From a virus, in the IMG/VR virus record IMGVR_UViG_3300045988_187455, positions 1-37,829 of that record: a stretch of 37,829 nucleotides of DNA; one strand, written 5' to 3'. Each line of letters starts with the position of its first letter. Within the stretch, counting starts at the first letter, position 1. The translations under genes were made by a program, and so were the position numbers. Below the pieces are notes generated by a model. The model did not search any database. It worked only from the letters and a program-made list of their open reading frames with translations, and had not been told where the DNA came from. Of this stretch, positions 25,182 through 35,157 are shown piece after piece.

Positions 25182-26051
25182 ATACCAAATGAAATTGCAT
25201 TAGCTAAAACGTATGTCTCAAATTTGGATGAGGTATATAAGTTAGCTTCAGTTACAGGTGATTTAAATGCAGACGCTACAATGGTACGAGCAGGAGCAAA
25301 CGCAAAAGAAATCATCTATCCACAAATTTCTGTTAAAGGTTTAGGAAACTACGATAGAAACAGTGGTTATACAGGTAACTCAGTTAAGTTAGAATGGAAA
25401 ACTGCTACATTCGACTATGATAGAGGAACTAAAATCTCAGTTGATACACAAGATAACGCAGAATCAATGAATATTGCATTCGGTATGGCAGGAGCAGAAT
25501 TAATGCGTACAAAGGTAGCACCGGAAGCGGACGCTTACACATTCGCTAAAATTGCAGGTACAACAGGAATCACAAAGGTTTCAGAAGATTATACAGGTGC
25601 AGAAGAGTTCTTGAGCGCATTGTTAACGGCTATCACTAAAATGGATGAGGATGAAGTTCCTAGCGAACAACGTATCTTGTATTCAACACCTACATTATTA
25701 AATAGCGTTAAAGCATTAGATACATACAAATCACGTGAAGCTTTACAAGGATTCGCAAAAGTTGTTCCTGTACCTGCTAGTCGCTTCTATACAAAAATCA
25801 AATTGTTGAGTGGAAAAGATACAGAGTTAGAGGGCGGATACGAAAAGGCAGAAGATGGACACGTAATCAACTTCTTGATTGTTCATAAACCTGCCGTTAT
25901 GAAATGGGATAAACACACCGTTTCAAATGTAATTCCTGCAAGCAATAACATTGAATCAGATTCAGATGTATTGAAATATCGTAAGTATGGAATTGTTGAT
26001 GTATACCAAAATAAGGTAGCAGGTATTTACTTATCTGCTAGTGCTAAGTAA
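25182..26051 (+). CDS. Major capsid protein (ATA start)
   Basis: AAGGAGGA + 9 nt + ATA 25182 directly after in-frame TAA-TTA; PNEIALAKTYVSNLDEVYKLAS N-terminus lies upstream of TTG 25224. Confidence 0.8.
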   Translation: MPNEIALAKTYVSNLDEVYKLASVTGDLNADATMVRAGANAKEIIYPQISVKGLGNYDRNSGYTGNSVKLEWKTATFDYDRGTKISVDTQDNAESMNIAFGMAGAELMRTKVAPEADAYTFAKIAGTTGITKVSEDYTGAEEFLSALLTAITKMDEDEVPSEQRILYSTPTLLNSVKALDTYKSREALQGFAKVVPVPASRFYTKIKLLSGKDTELEGGYEKAEDGHVINFLIVHKPAVMKWDKHTVSNVIPASNNIESDSDVLKYRKYGIVDVYQNKVAGIYLSASAK

Positions 26052-26155
26052 TGGCGAAAGAAATTGGATGGGGTTATCCTTCTAAAGTTGAAAAGCCTAA
26101 AAAAGGTAAACCTCAAACAAAAAAAGAGGAAGCTAAACCTCAAAAAGAAAAATAG
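26051..26155 (+). CDS. Small Lys-rich protein (34 aa)
   Basis: TAATG overlap with the capsid stop; MAKEIGWGYPSKVEKPKKGKPQTKKEEAKPQKEK. Confidence 0.3.
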   Translation: MAKEIGWGYPSKVEKPKKGKPQTKKEEAKPQKEK

Positions 26156-26175
26156 CATAAAAAGGGGGTTGTAAA

Positions 26176-26523
26176 ATGAACAACATTTTAGATTGGGAAT
26201 ATTACAATTCCCATTTTCCTAAATTTGATGAAAATCAATTCAATCAGTACTCTTACAAAGCGGAAGCAATGGTATTGAAGTATGTGAATGTTGATTCTAT
26301 TAATGAACAGAACGAAAGCACTTTAAAAGATTGTATTTGCGATGTATTAAACAATGTAATCTTTCAAGATTCAATTGATGGTGTATCAAGTATCTCAAAT
26401 GGTGGATATTCCAAAAGCTTTATAAACACTACACACTCAGATAAAAGAAACACGCTTGAGGATATTATAGCCTTTTGGTTAGGTGATACAGACTTAATGA
26501 AAGAAAGATGGATTGCATTATGA
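26176..26523 (+). CDS. Head-tail connector (gp6-like)
   Basis: Position and size; AAAGGGGG SD. Confidence 0.6.
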   Translation: MNNILDWEYYNSHFPKFDENQFNQYSYKAEAMVLKYVNVDSINEQNESTLKDCICDVLNNVIFQDSIDGVSSISNGGYSKSFINTTHSDKRNTLEDIIAFWLGDTDLMKERWIAL

Positions 26524-26939
26524 TAGGATTTTTTGAAGATTCAATCACACTTGTAAATCACTACTATGACACATTGACAAGAGAAGATAGATTTCAAGCT
26601 TCTATACTTGATAAATGTATGTGGAGACAATCTACTATTAGAACTGCAAACGGTAATATTCTGAGCATAGCCACATCCACAAATATTACCATTCTATATC
26701 GTGAGGGATATGTTGAACCTTACGCATATGCAAAGCTTTCAAATGATGAGAAACAAAAGCACTTCACATTAAACACGGATAAAACAGATTTCGTATTCTT
26801 TGGAGAAGTGAAAGAAGATTTATCCACAATTAAAGCAATAAACGAAGCTAAAAAGAAATACAAATGGACAACAATTCAAAGCGTAACAGATTGTACGAAT
26901 GTCGACATGTTAAAACATTGGGAGGTTGTCGGTCAATAG
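26520..26939 (+). CDS. Head closure / head-tail adaptor protein
   Basis: ATGA overlap, ATG 26520. Confidence 0.55.
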   Translation: MIGFFEDSITLVNHYYDTLTREDRFQASILDKCMWRQSTIRTANGNILSIATSTNITILYREGYVEPYAYAKLSNDEKQKHFTLNTDKTDFVFFGEVKEDLSTIKAINEAKKKYKWTTIQSVTDCTNVDMLKHWEVVGQ

Positions 26940-27298
26940 GAATAAAAGTTAAACTTGATGTTGAATCAATTCCCCAAATTAAACAATCAAGAGGACTTCA
27001 AGAACGTGGACGAGTTCAACAAATGATTGACTCCGAAGTCATTAGACTTATGACCCCTTATACGCCTAGAGACACAGGAGCATTAATTAACTCGGCTACA
27101 AGAAATACTCAAATCGGAAGTGGATTAGTAAAGCAAGGTGGACCAAGTGCCCCTTATGCTAGACGGTGGTATTACAACAAAGAGGGTGCTCATTTCGTAG
27201 GAGGTAAAACAGACCATTGGTTTGAAAAAGCTATGCGAAATGGTGGAGCAGAGACAATCTTAAAGAAAGCACAACAAATGATAGGAGACGGAGAATGA
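26936..27298 (+). CDS. HK97 gp10-like tail attachment protein (ATA start)
   Basis: GGAGG + 10 nt + ATA 26936 overlapping upstream stop (ATAG); track N-terminus from 26864 overlaps the previous gene by 76 nt. Confidence 0.6.
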   Translation: MGIKVKLDVESIPQIKQSRGLQERGRVQQMIDSEVIRLMTPYTPRDTGALINSATRNTQIGSGLVKQGGPSAPYARRWYYNKEGAHFVGGKTDHWFEKAMRNGGAETILKKAQQMIGDGE

Positions 27299-27714
27299 CA
27301 GTATCAAAAGCATTGATTCAATGGCTATATGGCTATGGAAATATACAGATAGATGAACGTATTGAAACGGATGTTTTAGCGCAACAAGCTATCTCTTATG
27401 CGTTGTATAAAGAACCTAACGCAATTGTAAATACATACATTGACGGCTCTCAAATGCGTACTGAATACTACACGTTTCTAGCACGTAGGAACACACAAAT
27501 TGAAGCCGAAAGGCAAGATAACAATGTTTTTCTAGAAGAATTAGAAAATTGGATTGATGAAAAGAATTTAAGCGGAGAATTGCCACAACTAGACGGAAAC
27601 AGATATTGCGAGGATGTTTCCGTTTCAAGTGGTTTATATCTATATACAAATGAGGATAGTCAAGCAGTATATGCCTTGACAATTCAAATTAAATACAGAA
27701 AGGAGCTTAATTAA
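27295..27714 (+). CDS. Tail completion protein
   Basis: ATGA overlap; synteny. Confidence 0.55.
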   Translation: MTVSKALIQWLYGYGNIQIDERIETDVLAQQAISYALYKEPNAIVNTYIDGSQMRTEYYTFLARRNTQIEAERQDNNVFLEELENWIDEKNLSGELPQLDGNRYCEDVSVSSGLYLYTNEDSQAVYALTIQIKYRKELN

Positions 27715-28220
27715 TAACAACTACAGGGACTGAAGTAAGTACAGGACAAACAGTCAAGAAGTATATGATTGGATTGTTCTTGCAAATGGGAGAAAGTTAT
27801 AAGCGAATTAAGAAATCTACAACTTTAGATATTTCATTTAACAGTGAAACTGAAACGTATGATTTTATCGCAGATAAGAACCCAACAGAATCATTAAAGA
27901 GTTATTCACCTCAAATCTCACAGGATTTGACTATGATTAAAGGCGAAGATGACTTTGAATACATTTACGAACAAATGATGAAATCCGTACCAAACAACGA
28001 AGAAGTAAATACAAAAGCTTTACTTGTATTTATGTTTGACGGAGACAAAACTAAAGGCTATAAAGCGTGGGAAGTTGACGCTAAATTAATCTTCGACACA
28101 TTGAGTGGCGTTGATTCAAAAATCAACTTCAATATTAACTTTGCAAGTGACATTCGTGTCGGTACTGCAAAGGTAGCAGATGGAGCAGTGACATTCACAG
28201 AAGGTACATCAGAAGTATAA
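27714..28220 (+). CDS. Major tail protein (probable ATA start)
   Basis: AAAGGAG + 8 nt + ATA 27714 (TAATA overlap with upstream stop); ATG 27765 has no SD. Confidence 0.7.
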   Translation: MTTTGTEVSTGQTVKKYMIGLFLQMGESYKRIKKSTTLDISFNSETETYDFIADKNPTESLKSYSPQISQDLTMIKGEDDFEYIYEQMMKSVPNNEEVNTKALLVFMFDGDKTKGYKAWEVDAKLIFDTLSGVDSKINFNINFASDIRVGTAKVADGAVTFTEGTSEV

Positions 28221-28238
28221 AGAAAGAAGAGGTAAATC

Positions 28239-28601
28239 ATGAATAGAATCACGTATGAAGGTAAACAGTATGAAATCTCACCAAAAACTATTGAAGTTTT
28301 AAAAGCAGAGGATGCTTGTAACGCGTATCATGCTACACATGAAGAAGCATATCGAGCTAAATTCGACTATCTGAAAACAGTATTAACAGATGAACAGATT
28401 GAAAGCATGTTAGGTAGCGTAGATATTGAACAAGTAGATTTAATGGAAGTGTTATACATTGCGAATTTAATTGATGAAGAATATTCAAGAAGAACAGATG
28501 AACAAGTAATGAAGAGAGCTAGAACATTAATGAACGATAAAGCAATCAAAAGCTTAATTGATGCAAGCAATGCAGTTTCAAAGGTTACGGAAAAGAAATG
28601 A
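28239..28601 (+). CDS. Tail assembly chaperone
   Basis: Position between major tail and tape measure genes. Confidence 0.6.
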   Translation: MNRITYEGKQYEISPKTIEVLKAEDACNAYHATHEEAYRAKFDYLKTVLTDEQIESMLGSVDIEQVDLMEVLYIANLIDEEYSRRTDEQVMKRARTLMNDKAIKSLIDASNAVSKVTEKK

Positions 28602-29161
28602 TTGATTTACGGACAAAAGGCTTGCCAAATAGCATACAATCGCTAGATGGCGAGCCTATTTTATTAAATACAGACTTTCGGTTGTGGATAAGATTCTATG
28701 AAGAATTAGAACGATTCAACAATCATGTTGTTGATGAAGTAGATTGTTCTTATTTATTCGCAGATGAACCACCTATCATAGATGAGCATATTTTAAAAGA
28801 GTTAGAACGATTCTTATATAATCCTTCTAGTACGCCTAGAAGTGATTCTACAGGCGTTAAGACATTAGACTATGTACAAGATGGTGAATATATTTATTCG
28901 GCTTTTATGCAACTTTACGGCATTGATTTAACAGAATGCGATATGCATTGGCATAAGTTCTTAGCATTGGCGAATAATATCGTTGGTGATTCAACTTTAT
29001 GGGGATATGCAAAGAGTGTTAGAGGATATGAAAAGCCTTCAAAGAATGATACACAAGATAAAGCTTATCAAAGAGCAAAAGAAGCGTGGTCTTTCCCAAT
29101 CGAATTAACAATAGAGGAGCAAGAAATGAAAGATGAATTCGATTCATATTTTGATGTTTAG
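28598..29161 (+). CDS. Gp15-like tail assembly protein
   Basis: ATGA overlap, in the -1 frame relative to the chaperone; synteny. Confidence 0.55.
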   Translation: MIDLRTKGLPNSIQSLDGEPILLNTDFRLWIRFYEELERFNNHVVDEVDCSYLFADEPPIIDEHILKELERFLYNPSSTPRSDSTGVKTLDYVQDGEYIYSAFMQLYGIDLTECDMHWHKFLALANNIVGDSTLWGYAKSVRGYEKPSKNDTQDKAYQRAKEAWSFPIELTIEEQEMKDEFDSYFDV

Positions 29162-29181
29162 AAAAGGAGGTGGCAAATTGA

Positions 29182-31761
29182 ATATCAGACGGAACATTAA
29201 AGTTTGATACAAAGATTGATACAAGTGGTCTAGAGAATGGAATAAAATCTGTTCATGAAGTCACAAGTGGAGCTACAAATGCTATCAAAGAAACTTCAAA
29301 AGCAATCGACAAGCTAGGTTCTGATGGTTCAAAAGCACCACCAAAGATTAAAGATAAACTTAAAGATTTAAACGAAGAGCAAAAGAATACACAAACAGAA
29401 ACGCAAGAAACAGGTTCTAAATTTGATGTATTTAAACAAGTAGGAAACAGTGCCTTAGAATCAATTCAAGGTGGGTTTGATGGACTATTAGGAAAGATTC
29501 AGAATATTAGTCCGGAAGCTACTGCAATCACTGAAACTTTAACAGGATTAGGCGTAGGAGGTGTCGTTGGTGTTACTGCCGTAGCAGGAGCTATCGGTGG
29601 TATGGCATTAGCGATTAAAACAGGTGTTAACCAAGCTACAGAACTAGATGACGCTATGGCTAAATTTCAAGCTCAGACAGGTGCTTCAAGCAATGAAATG
29701 AGCAAATTTAAAAACATTGCTCGTGATGTTTGGTCAAATAATTTCGGTGAAGATGTTTCAGATGTTGCCGATATGATGGGCAGAGTCAAGCAACAAATGC
29801 AAGGCATAAGTGATGTTGACCTAAAGAACGTGACCGAGGATTTATTAACTTTAAGAGATACATTCGATATGGATGAGAATGAAACTCTTAGAGGTGCTCA
29901 ACAATTAATGAAGCAGTTCGGAATCACTTCTCAAGAAGCTTTCGACCTTATGGCTACAGGTGCTCAGAATGGTTTAAACAAATCAGATGAGTTAGGCGAC
30001 AACATTTCAGAATACTCCGGTAAATTCGCACAAGCAGGATATTCGGCAGATGAATATTTCCAATTAATGCAGAATGGATTAGATGGTGGAGCTTATAACC
30101 TTGATAAAGTTAATGACGCAATCAACGAAGTTACCACAAGGTTAGTTGATGGAACTATTGAAGGAGCTTTAGATAGTTTTGATACCAAAACACAAGATGT
30201 ATTTAAGGCATGGCAAGAAGGAAGAGCAACTCAAAAAGATGTTGTGAATGCGATTGTAGAAGATATTTCAAAGACTACAAATGAACAAGAAAAGTTGAAT
30301 AAATCTGCAACGGCTTTCGGTACAATGGGAGAAGATTTCAACGCCGGATTCATTCAGTCCTTAACGACAGTAGGGAATAAATATAAAGACGTAGAAGGGG
30401 CAATGGATAAAGTCAAAGATATTGCAAATGGTGGCTTAAAGAACGCTTTAAGTGGATTAGGGCGTGCATTTCTTGATTCATTTACTCCAATAGGCGAACT
30501 TATTACCCCTATTCTTGCAGGTATCATCGGATTAATTACAGTAGCTATACAAGGTATTCAACAAGGATTTGCTAAAGTTGGTGATGTAATTTCAAGTGTA
30601 TTAAGTAAGATTGATACAAGTGGAATTACAAAATTGACAAGTCAAGTTTCCGAAGTGCTAGCACCTTCCTTTGATAAAGTAAAAGACGCAATCGACAAAA
30701 TGAAAGTTGCGCTTGAACCTATTGCAAAAGATATATTAAGCAAGATTATTGATGTAATTCAAAACATTGTGAATCAAGCTCAAAAGATTCTAACTGTAGT
30801 AGGACCACCGATACTTTCTGTTTTAAAGAAAATCATTTCAACGGTTTCGGAATTTATGCCTTTAATCACATCTATATTGACTATTGTCGGAAGTGTTGTA
30901 AGTGGAGTTATTTCATTTATAAATATGGTAGTCACATATACCGGAACGGCAATCGCAACGGCAATGGGATTTATCATGCCTATAGTTCAAATCATTTCTG
31001 CAATCGTAGCAAATATTTGGTCTATTATCTTAACAGTAGCAACAAATATTTGGAGTAAGATTAGCGAAGTAATTACTGCGATTATTGGGTTTGTAAGCAA
31101 TTTATTTAAGACGGTTTCGGACATCATAAACAATATTTGGAGTAAGATTCAAGATACAATGAACAGAGTCAGAGACAAGGTAAAAGGTATCATTGATAAT
31201 ATCAATAAAAATTTCAATAATATCAAGTCTACAGTTTCAGATGTATTTAATGGCATTTGGTCAAAGGTTCAAGGTGTAATGGATAAGGTAGGAAATAAAA
31301 TCTCAAATGTTTTACAAGGAATACAGAATTCATGGAATGGTTTAAAAGGTTTTGTAAGTGGTGTATTCGGTGGAATTGAAGGAGCAGTTAGTTCATTAGT
31401 TGGAAGTGTAAAAGGAATGGTAAATGGTGTTATCGGTGGCATTAACGGTGCAATCGGTATCATCAATAAGATTCCAGGTGTACATATCGGAAGAATTCCT
31501 AGACTAGAACGTGGTGGTGTATTGAAACGTGGTCAAATTGGTTTGTTGGAAGGTAATGGAGCAGAAGCCGTTGTACCTTTAGAAAGAAATAAAGCATGGA
31601 TTCGTGCCGTAGCAAAAGACATGGTACAAATCATGCCAAGCGTAACGACAAATAACAACGGACAGACTATCAACTTCTACAATAAAGCGCAAAGTCCGGA
31701 TGAAATCGCTAGAATGTTGCGAATGCAAGCAAGATATGGATATGGAGGTGTAGTTCAATAG
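29182..31761 (+). CDS. Tape measure protein (ATA start)
   Basis: 140 codons of open, TMP-like sequence (SDGTLKFDTKIDTSGLENGIKS...) precede the first canonical start ATG 29602; GGAGGTGG + 8 nt + ATA 29182 directly after in-frame TGA. Confidence 0.85.
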   Translation: MSDGTLKFDTKIDTSGLENGIKSVHEVTSGATNAIKETSKAIDKLGSDGSKAPPKIKDKLKDLNEEQKNTQTETQETGSKFDVFKQVGNSALESIQGGFDGLLGKIQNISPEATAITETLTGLGVGGVVGVTAVAGAIGGMALAIKTGVNQATELDDAMAKFQAQTGASSNEMSKFKNIARDVWSNNFGEDVSDVADMMGRVKQQMQGISDVDLKNVTEDLLTLRDTFDMDENETLRGAQQLMKQFGITSQEAFDLMATGAQNGLNKSDELGDNISEYSGKFAQAGYSADEYFQLMQNGLDGGAYNLDKVNDAINEVTTRLVDGTIEGALDSFDTKTQDVFKAWQEGRATQKDVVNAIVEDISKTTNEQEKLNKSATAFGTMGEDFNAGFIQSLTTVGNKYKDVEGAMDKVKDIANGGLKNALSGLGRAFLDSFTPIGELITPILAGIIGLITVAIQGIQQGFAKVGDVISSVLSKIDTSGITKLTSQVSEVLAPSFDKVKDAIDKMKVALEPIAKDILSKIIDVIQNIVNQAQKILTVVGPPILSVLKKIISTVSEFMPLITSILTIVGSVVSGVISFINMVVTYTGTAIATAMGFIMPIVQIISAIVANIWSIILTVATNIWSKISEVITAIIGFVSNLFKTVSDIINNIWSKIQDTMNRVRDKVKGIIDNINKNFNNIKSTVSDVFNGIWSKVQGVMDKVGNKISNVLQGIQNSWNGLKGFVSGVFGGIEGAVSSLVGSVKGMVNGVIGGINGAIGIINKIPGVHIGRIPRLERGGVLKRGQIGLLEGNGAEAVVPLERNKAWIRAVAKDMVQIMPSVTTNNNGQTINFYNKAQSPDEIARMLRMQARYGYGGVVQ

Positions 31762-32630
31762 ACATTAACAAAGTAAGAGTTATCGTCCGTAGGGATGATG
31801 GCAAAGAGTTTGAAATTGACAACCAAAAAAGATGGAAGATTCCTTCTAGTAGTGGTTTAGATGGATTTGATTATGTAGCACCTTCATATACAACACAAGA
31901 CAATGCATTCGGAAACGGTGCAAGATTAATCGGTTCACGTATTCCAACGAAAGAAAGAAGCGTGAAAGCTACCTTTAAAGGTTCGCTAGAAGAAAAAAGA
32001 GAAGAAAGGGAGAAGCTACGGCGCTTCTTCCAATATTCTCATATATTTGACGTTATTGTTGAGTACATGGGAGAAAAGAAATATTGCAGAGGAAGGTTAT
32101 ATGCGTATAGCTTGCCTACTGCTAACATCTACAAAGATTTAGAGCTTAACTTTACAATCCTATGCACACAACCTTTATTGCTTTCATTTGATGATTTCGC
32201 AAGGAATATTGCAGAAATCGGTGAAGGTTTAGCGTTCAACTTTGAAATACCGGAAACAGGCGTGAACTTTGGAACATTCACATTCGCTAGAGAAATCTAT
32301 ATTGATAATCAAGGTGATACAGAAACATACTGTAGAGCCGTTATTGAAGCATTTGGAGAGGTAACAAATCCAAAGCTATTTAACAAGGATAAATATATTC
32401 GTGTATTAGATACGCTACACAATGGTGATGTATTAGAAATTGATTTAGTTTCTGAGCCTATTTCGATTAAAAAGAATGGTGTGAATTGTATCGGCAAAGT
32501 TGATAGAACATCATCATTCAACGATATGACGATTCAGTTAGGTGAGAATATCATAGGATATACGGCAGACAGTGGAGATACGAACCTAGCTTGCATGGTT
32601 TACTATAATGAAAGGTATTTAGGTTTATAA
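31758..32630 (+). CDS. Distal tail protein Dit (ATA start)
   Basis: 68 codons open upstream of GTG 31962; GGAGGTG + 7 nt + ATA 31758 overlapping the TMP stop (ATAG). Confidence 0.75.
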   Translation: MDINKVRVIVRRDDGKEFEIDNQKRWKIPSSSGLDGFDYVAPSYTTQDNAFGNGARLIGSRIPTKERSVKATFKGSLEEKREEREKLRRFFQYSHIFDVIVEYMGEKKYCRGRLYAYSLPTANIYKDLELNFTILCTQPLLLSFDDFARNIAEIGEGLAFNFEIPETGVNFGTFTFAREIYIDNQGDTETYCRAVIEAFGEVTNPKLFNKDKYIRVLDTLHNGDVLEIDLVSEPISIKKNGVNCIGKVDRTSSFNDMTIQLGENIIGYTADSGDTNLACMVYYNERYLGL

Positions 32631-32631
32631 T

Positions 32632-33645
32632 ATGTCTTATTTTGGATTAGATAAAGATTTCAATATCGTTACACATCTAGCGCCTTATAACGTGCAGTGG
32701 AATCGGCGGTATTATGAAACAGGAGATTTCGAGATTTATATTGATATAGGACAGTATTCAAGCGATATTAAATACATTTATTCTACTGAGGATAAAGAGT
32801 TAGGAATTGTTGATATACCACATTATTCGGTTTCAAATAACACGAAACAAATGTTGCTAAAAGGTTCGTTTTTTGAAAAGATATTAGCAGATGATTGTAT
32901 TTATCCTACATTCTCAAGTAGCGGAAAAATTGTTGATGTGGTCAAAAAGCTATTAGACAAGTATTGCTCATGGGAAATGGGGTATAGATATGATGAATCC
33001 ATTACCGATAGAGTAGAATTTCAAGAAACAGGAGCAAACCTTGACGAGAAACTTTATGAGCTATTCTATCCGTTAGAATTGTCTTTCCGTATAGAATATG
33101 ACTATGTGTCAAGTACGTTCACATTCGTGTTGTATCGAGGTCGTGACTTGACTCAGAACAATGTAGATGGAAACAACTTTGTCACATTCTCTACAGAGTT
33201 TGGAAACATTGAAGAACCGGACGTTATGATTGATTCTAGTAAATACAAGAACTATGCAATTATTTGTGGTGAAGGGCAATCAGAAGAGCGTATTTATGTA
33301 GAATATGACGCTAGAATAGATAAGAATGAAAGAATCAAAAAGTTGTTCGTAGACGCACGTTCTGAACGTATGGGGGATGATATTACACTTGATGAATATA
33401 AAAAGGTACTGATTCAAAAAGGAATTGAAAAACTAGCAGATTGTAAGATTAAAGAGAATGTGAATTTCGGATTGAATACTGATTCATACGAATACAAGGT
33501 TGATTATGATTTAGGTGATAAGGTGGATGTGATTGTTGCAGAAATTGGTTTAGTAATGACGGCGAGAATTAGAAATATATTCGAGGTCATTAAGAGTGGA
33601 TATAGAACCTTAGAATTAGAGGTTGACAATTTAAAAATCATGTAA
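32632..33645 (+). CDS. Tail-associated protein Tal (N-terminal gp27-like domain only)
   Basis: 337 aa following Dit. Confidence 0.65.
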   Translation: MSYFGLDKDFNIVTHLAPYNVQWNRRYYETGDFEIYIDIGQYSSDIKYIYSTEDKELGIVDIPHYSVSNNTKQMLLKGSFFEKILADDCIYPTFSSSGKIVDVVKKLLDKYCSWEMGYRYDESITDRVEFQETGANLDEKLYELFYPLELSFRIEYDYVSSTFTFVLYRGRDLTQNNVDGNNFVTFSTEFGNIEEPDVMIDSSKYKNYAIICGEGQSEERIYVEYDARIDKNERIKKLFVDARSERMGDDITLDEYKKVLIQKGIEKLADCKIKENVNFGLNTDSYEYKVDYDLGDKVDVIVAEIGLVMTARIRNIFEVIKSGYRTLELEVDNLKIM

Positions 33646-33657
33646 GGAGTGAATTTA

Positions 33658-34158
33658 ATAGAAAAGAACAATGGAGGATTTAAACAAATAACGAGAAGTA
33701 TGTATTTTCTAGACAAGATGAATGCAATGGGTGGTGTAGCCGTTGCCGTATTAACATACGTATTAGGTGAGCATTGGTATTTATTTGCGTTCTTCTTATT
33801 TATGAATGTAGTTGATTACATTACAGGGTGCATGAAGTCGGCGATTAATCACAAAATCAATAGCAATAAAGGATGGATTGGAGTCCTTAAAAAGCTAGGC
33901 TATTGGATTATGATTGTCGTTGCGTTCACATTCAGTGCATTCTTGGTAGAGATTGGAAAAATGCTAGGAATTGATTTCCATGTAACTACATTATTAGGAT
34001 GGTTCGTATTGGCTTCTTTGTGCATTAATGAAGTGCGTAGCATTATTGAGAACCTTGTACAATGTGGATATAGCGTACCTAGTGTATTGACTAAAGGTTT
34101 GGAAGTAGCGGATAAAATCGTTAACGAAGACAATGACGAATCAAGTACCTTGGAATAA
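33658..34158 (+). CDS. Holin (multi-TM; probable ATA start)
   Basis: TM helices and DYITGCMKSAINHKINSNKGWIGVLKK motif; GTG 33649 overlaps the SD AAGGAG; ATA 33658 is 8 nt after the SD; a second GGAGG + 10 nt + ATA at 33688; ATG 33700 lacks an SD. Confidence 0.7.
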   Translation: MEKNNGGFKQITRSMYFLDKMNAMGGVAVAVLTYVLGEHWYLFAFFLFMNVVDYITGCMKSAINHKINSNKGWIGVLKKLGYWIMIVVAFTFSAFLVEIGKMLGIDFHVTTLLGWFVLASLCINEVRSIIENLVQCGYSVPSVLTKGLEVADKIVNEDNDESSTLE

Positions 34159-34399
34159 GATTATTTTAGAAGAGTTTATTAATCTAGCTTTATTAACTAA
34201 AGATGAAGAAATGATTCTAAGAACAAGAATATACGGATGGACAGTTAGAGAACAAGCCGACAGATTGAATATGAGTGTTTCTAGTGTAAATAGAATCATC
34301 AAAAGAATAAAGAACAAGTATGATGAAGTAGAGAAGTATAGCGCAATCCTACCACCGAGAAAAAGCAGTGAAAAAGAAACGTATCTAGATAAGAATTAA
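34133..34399 (+). CDS. Sigma-70 region 4-like HTH regulator
   Basis: LTKDEEMILRTRIYGWTVREQADRLNMSVSSVNRIIKRIKNKYD; overlaps the holin 3' end by 26 nt. Confidence 0.55.
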   Translation: MTNQVPWNKIILEEFINLALLTKDEEMILRTRIYGWTVREQADRLNMSVSSVNRIIKRIKNKYDEVEKYSAILPPRKSSEKETYLDKN

Positions 34400-34423
34400 G
34401 AGGTTGAAAAACCTCTTTTTTTT
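34398..34423 (+). terminator. Rho-independent terminator
   Basis: AAGAGGTT-GAAA-AACCTCTT + TTTTTT. Confidence 0.7.
34407..34419 (+). repeat. 13-bp direct repeat, left copy (AAAAACCTCTTTT)
   Basis: Identical 13-mer at 36719-36731; the two copies bracket the accessory cassette. Confidence 0.6.
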
Positions 34424-34501
34424 GACATTTATCTGATATTAATGTGAAAACAAACTGAGACTGCCTATGAATATAATTAGGAGTGTAAAGAGGTGAGTAA
34501 A

Positions 34502-34927
34502 ATGTATAATCCAATCAATGACAGAATTAATAATTTAATGAATCAAAAGCAGATGATTGAATCGCAGTTACAAAACATTCAACAGTTAGCAAATATTCCA
34601 CCTATTAATATTAACAACCAAATCACGCCTAACATGGGATTAAATGATTTTAATGGTAAGTGGGTCAATAATGAACAAGAAGCAAGGAATATGATGGTGA
34701 ATGGTTTGCCTAGTATTATGCTAGATAGAAATGATTCAGTATTTTATATGAAATCATTAGACGGCAGTTTCAAGAAATACAGATTCCAAGAAGAAACAGA
34801 GCCAAAGAAAGACAACATAGAACAACGCTTAGACAAGCTAGAAGCTATGATATTAGGTCTAGCAAACGGAAGTAATATAAATGCAAAGGCAGAGAAAGAA
34901 ACGCCTAGAAAGGAGCTTAAAGCGTGA
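34502..34927 (+). CDS. Hypothetical Q/N-rich protein (cassette gene 1)
   Basis: AGAGGTG + 6 nt + ATG 34502. Confidence 0.6.
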   Translation: MYNPINDRINNLMNQKQMIESQLQNIQQLANIPPININNQITPNMGLNDFNGKWVNNEQEARNMMVNGLPSIMLDRNDSVFYMKSLDGSFKKYRFQEETEPKKDNIEQRLDKLEAMILGLANGSNINAKAEKETPRKELKA

Positions 34928-35133
34928 ATCCTTTAATGAATATGATGAACCCTCAACAGATGTTGTTGGGTATGTTACAACAAAGAAATCCACAAGCATT
35001 TAATCAAGTACAACAATTAATGCAGAGTGGGCAGAATCCCCAAGTATTGCTAAGTAATATGATGGGGAATTTAACGCCACAACAGAAGCAACAATTTGAA
35101 AATGTGGCTAGTCAATATGGGCTAAAACGCTAA
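34924..35133 (+). CDS. Small Gln-rich protein with NPQ repeats (cassette gene 2)
   Basis: AAGGAGC + 7 nt + GTG 34924. Confidence 0.55.
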   Translation: MNPLMNMMNPQQMLLGMLQQRNPQAFNQVQQLMQSGQNPQVLLSNMMGNLTPQQKQQFENVASQYGLKR

Positions 35134-35157
35134 TTGCGTTGAAAGGAGGAAATATAA

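Noticed and set aside
28560-28610. Programmed -1 frameshift joining the two tail chaperone genes (G/GT-like)
   Set aside because: The downstream gene is in the -1 frame as expected, but it has its own ATG in an ATGA overlap. No canonical X XXY YYZ slippery heptamer is present (the local sequence is ACG GAA AAG AAA TGA). This cannot be excluded without proteomics.
30900-31330. Internal repeats in the tape measure gene (NIWSKI / GIWSKV motifs and hydrophobic stretches), considered as an independent repeat element
   Set aside because: Periodic motifs and hydrophobic segments are normal features of tape measure proteins. The frame is continuous.
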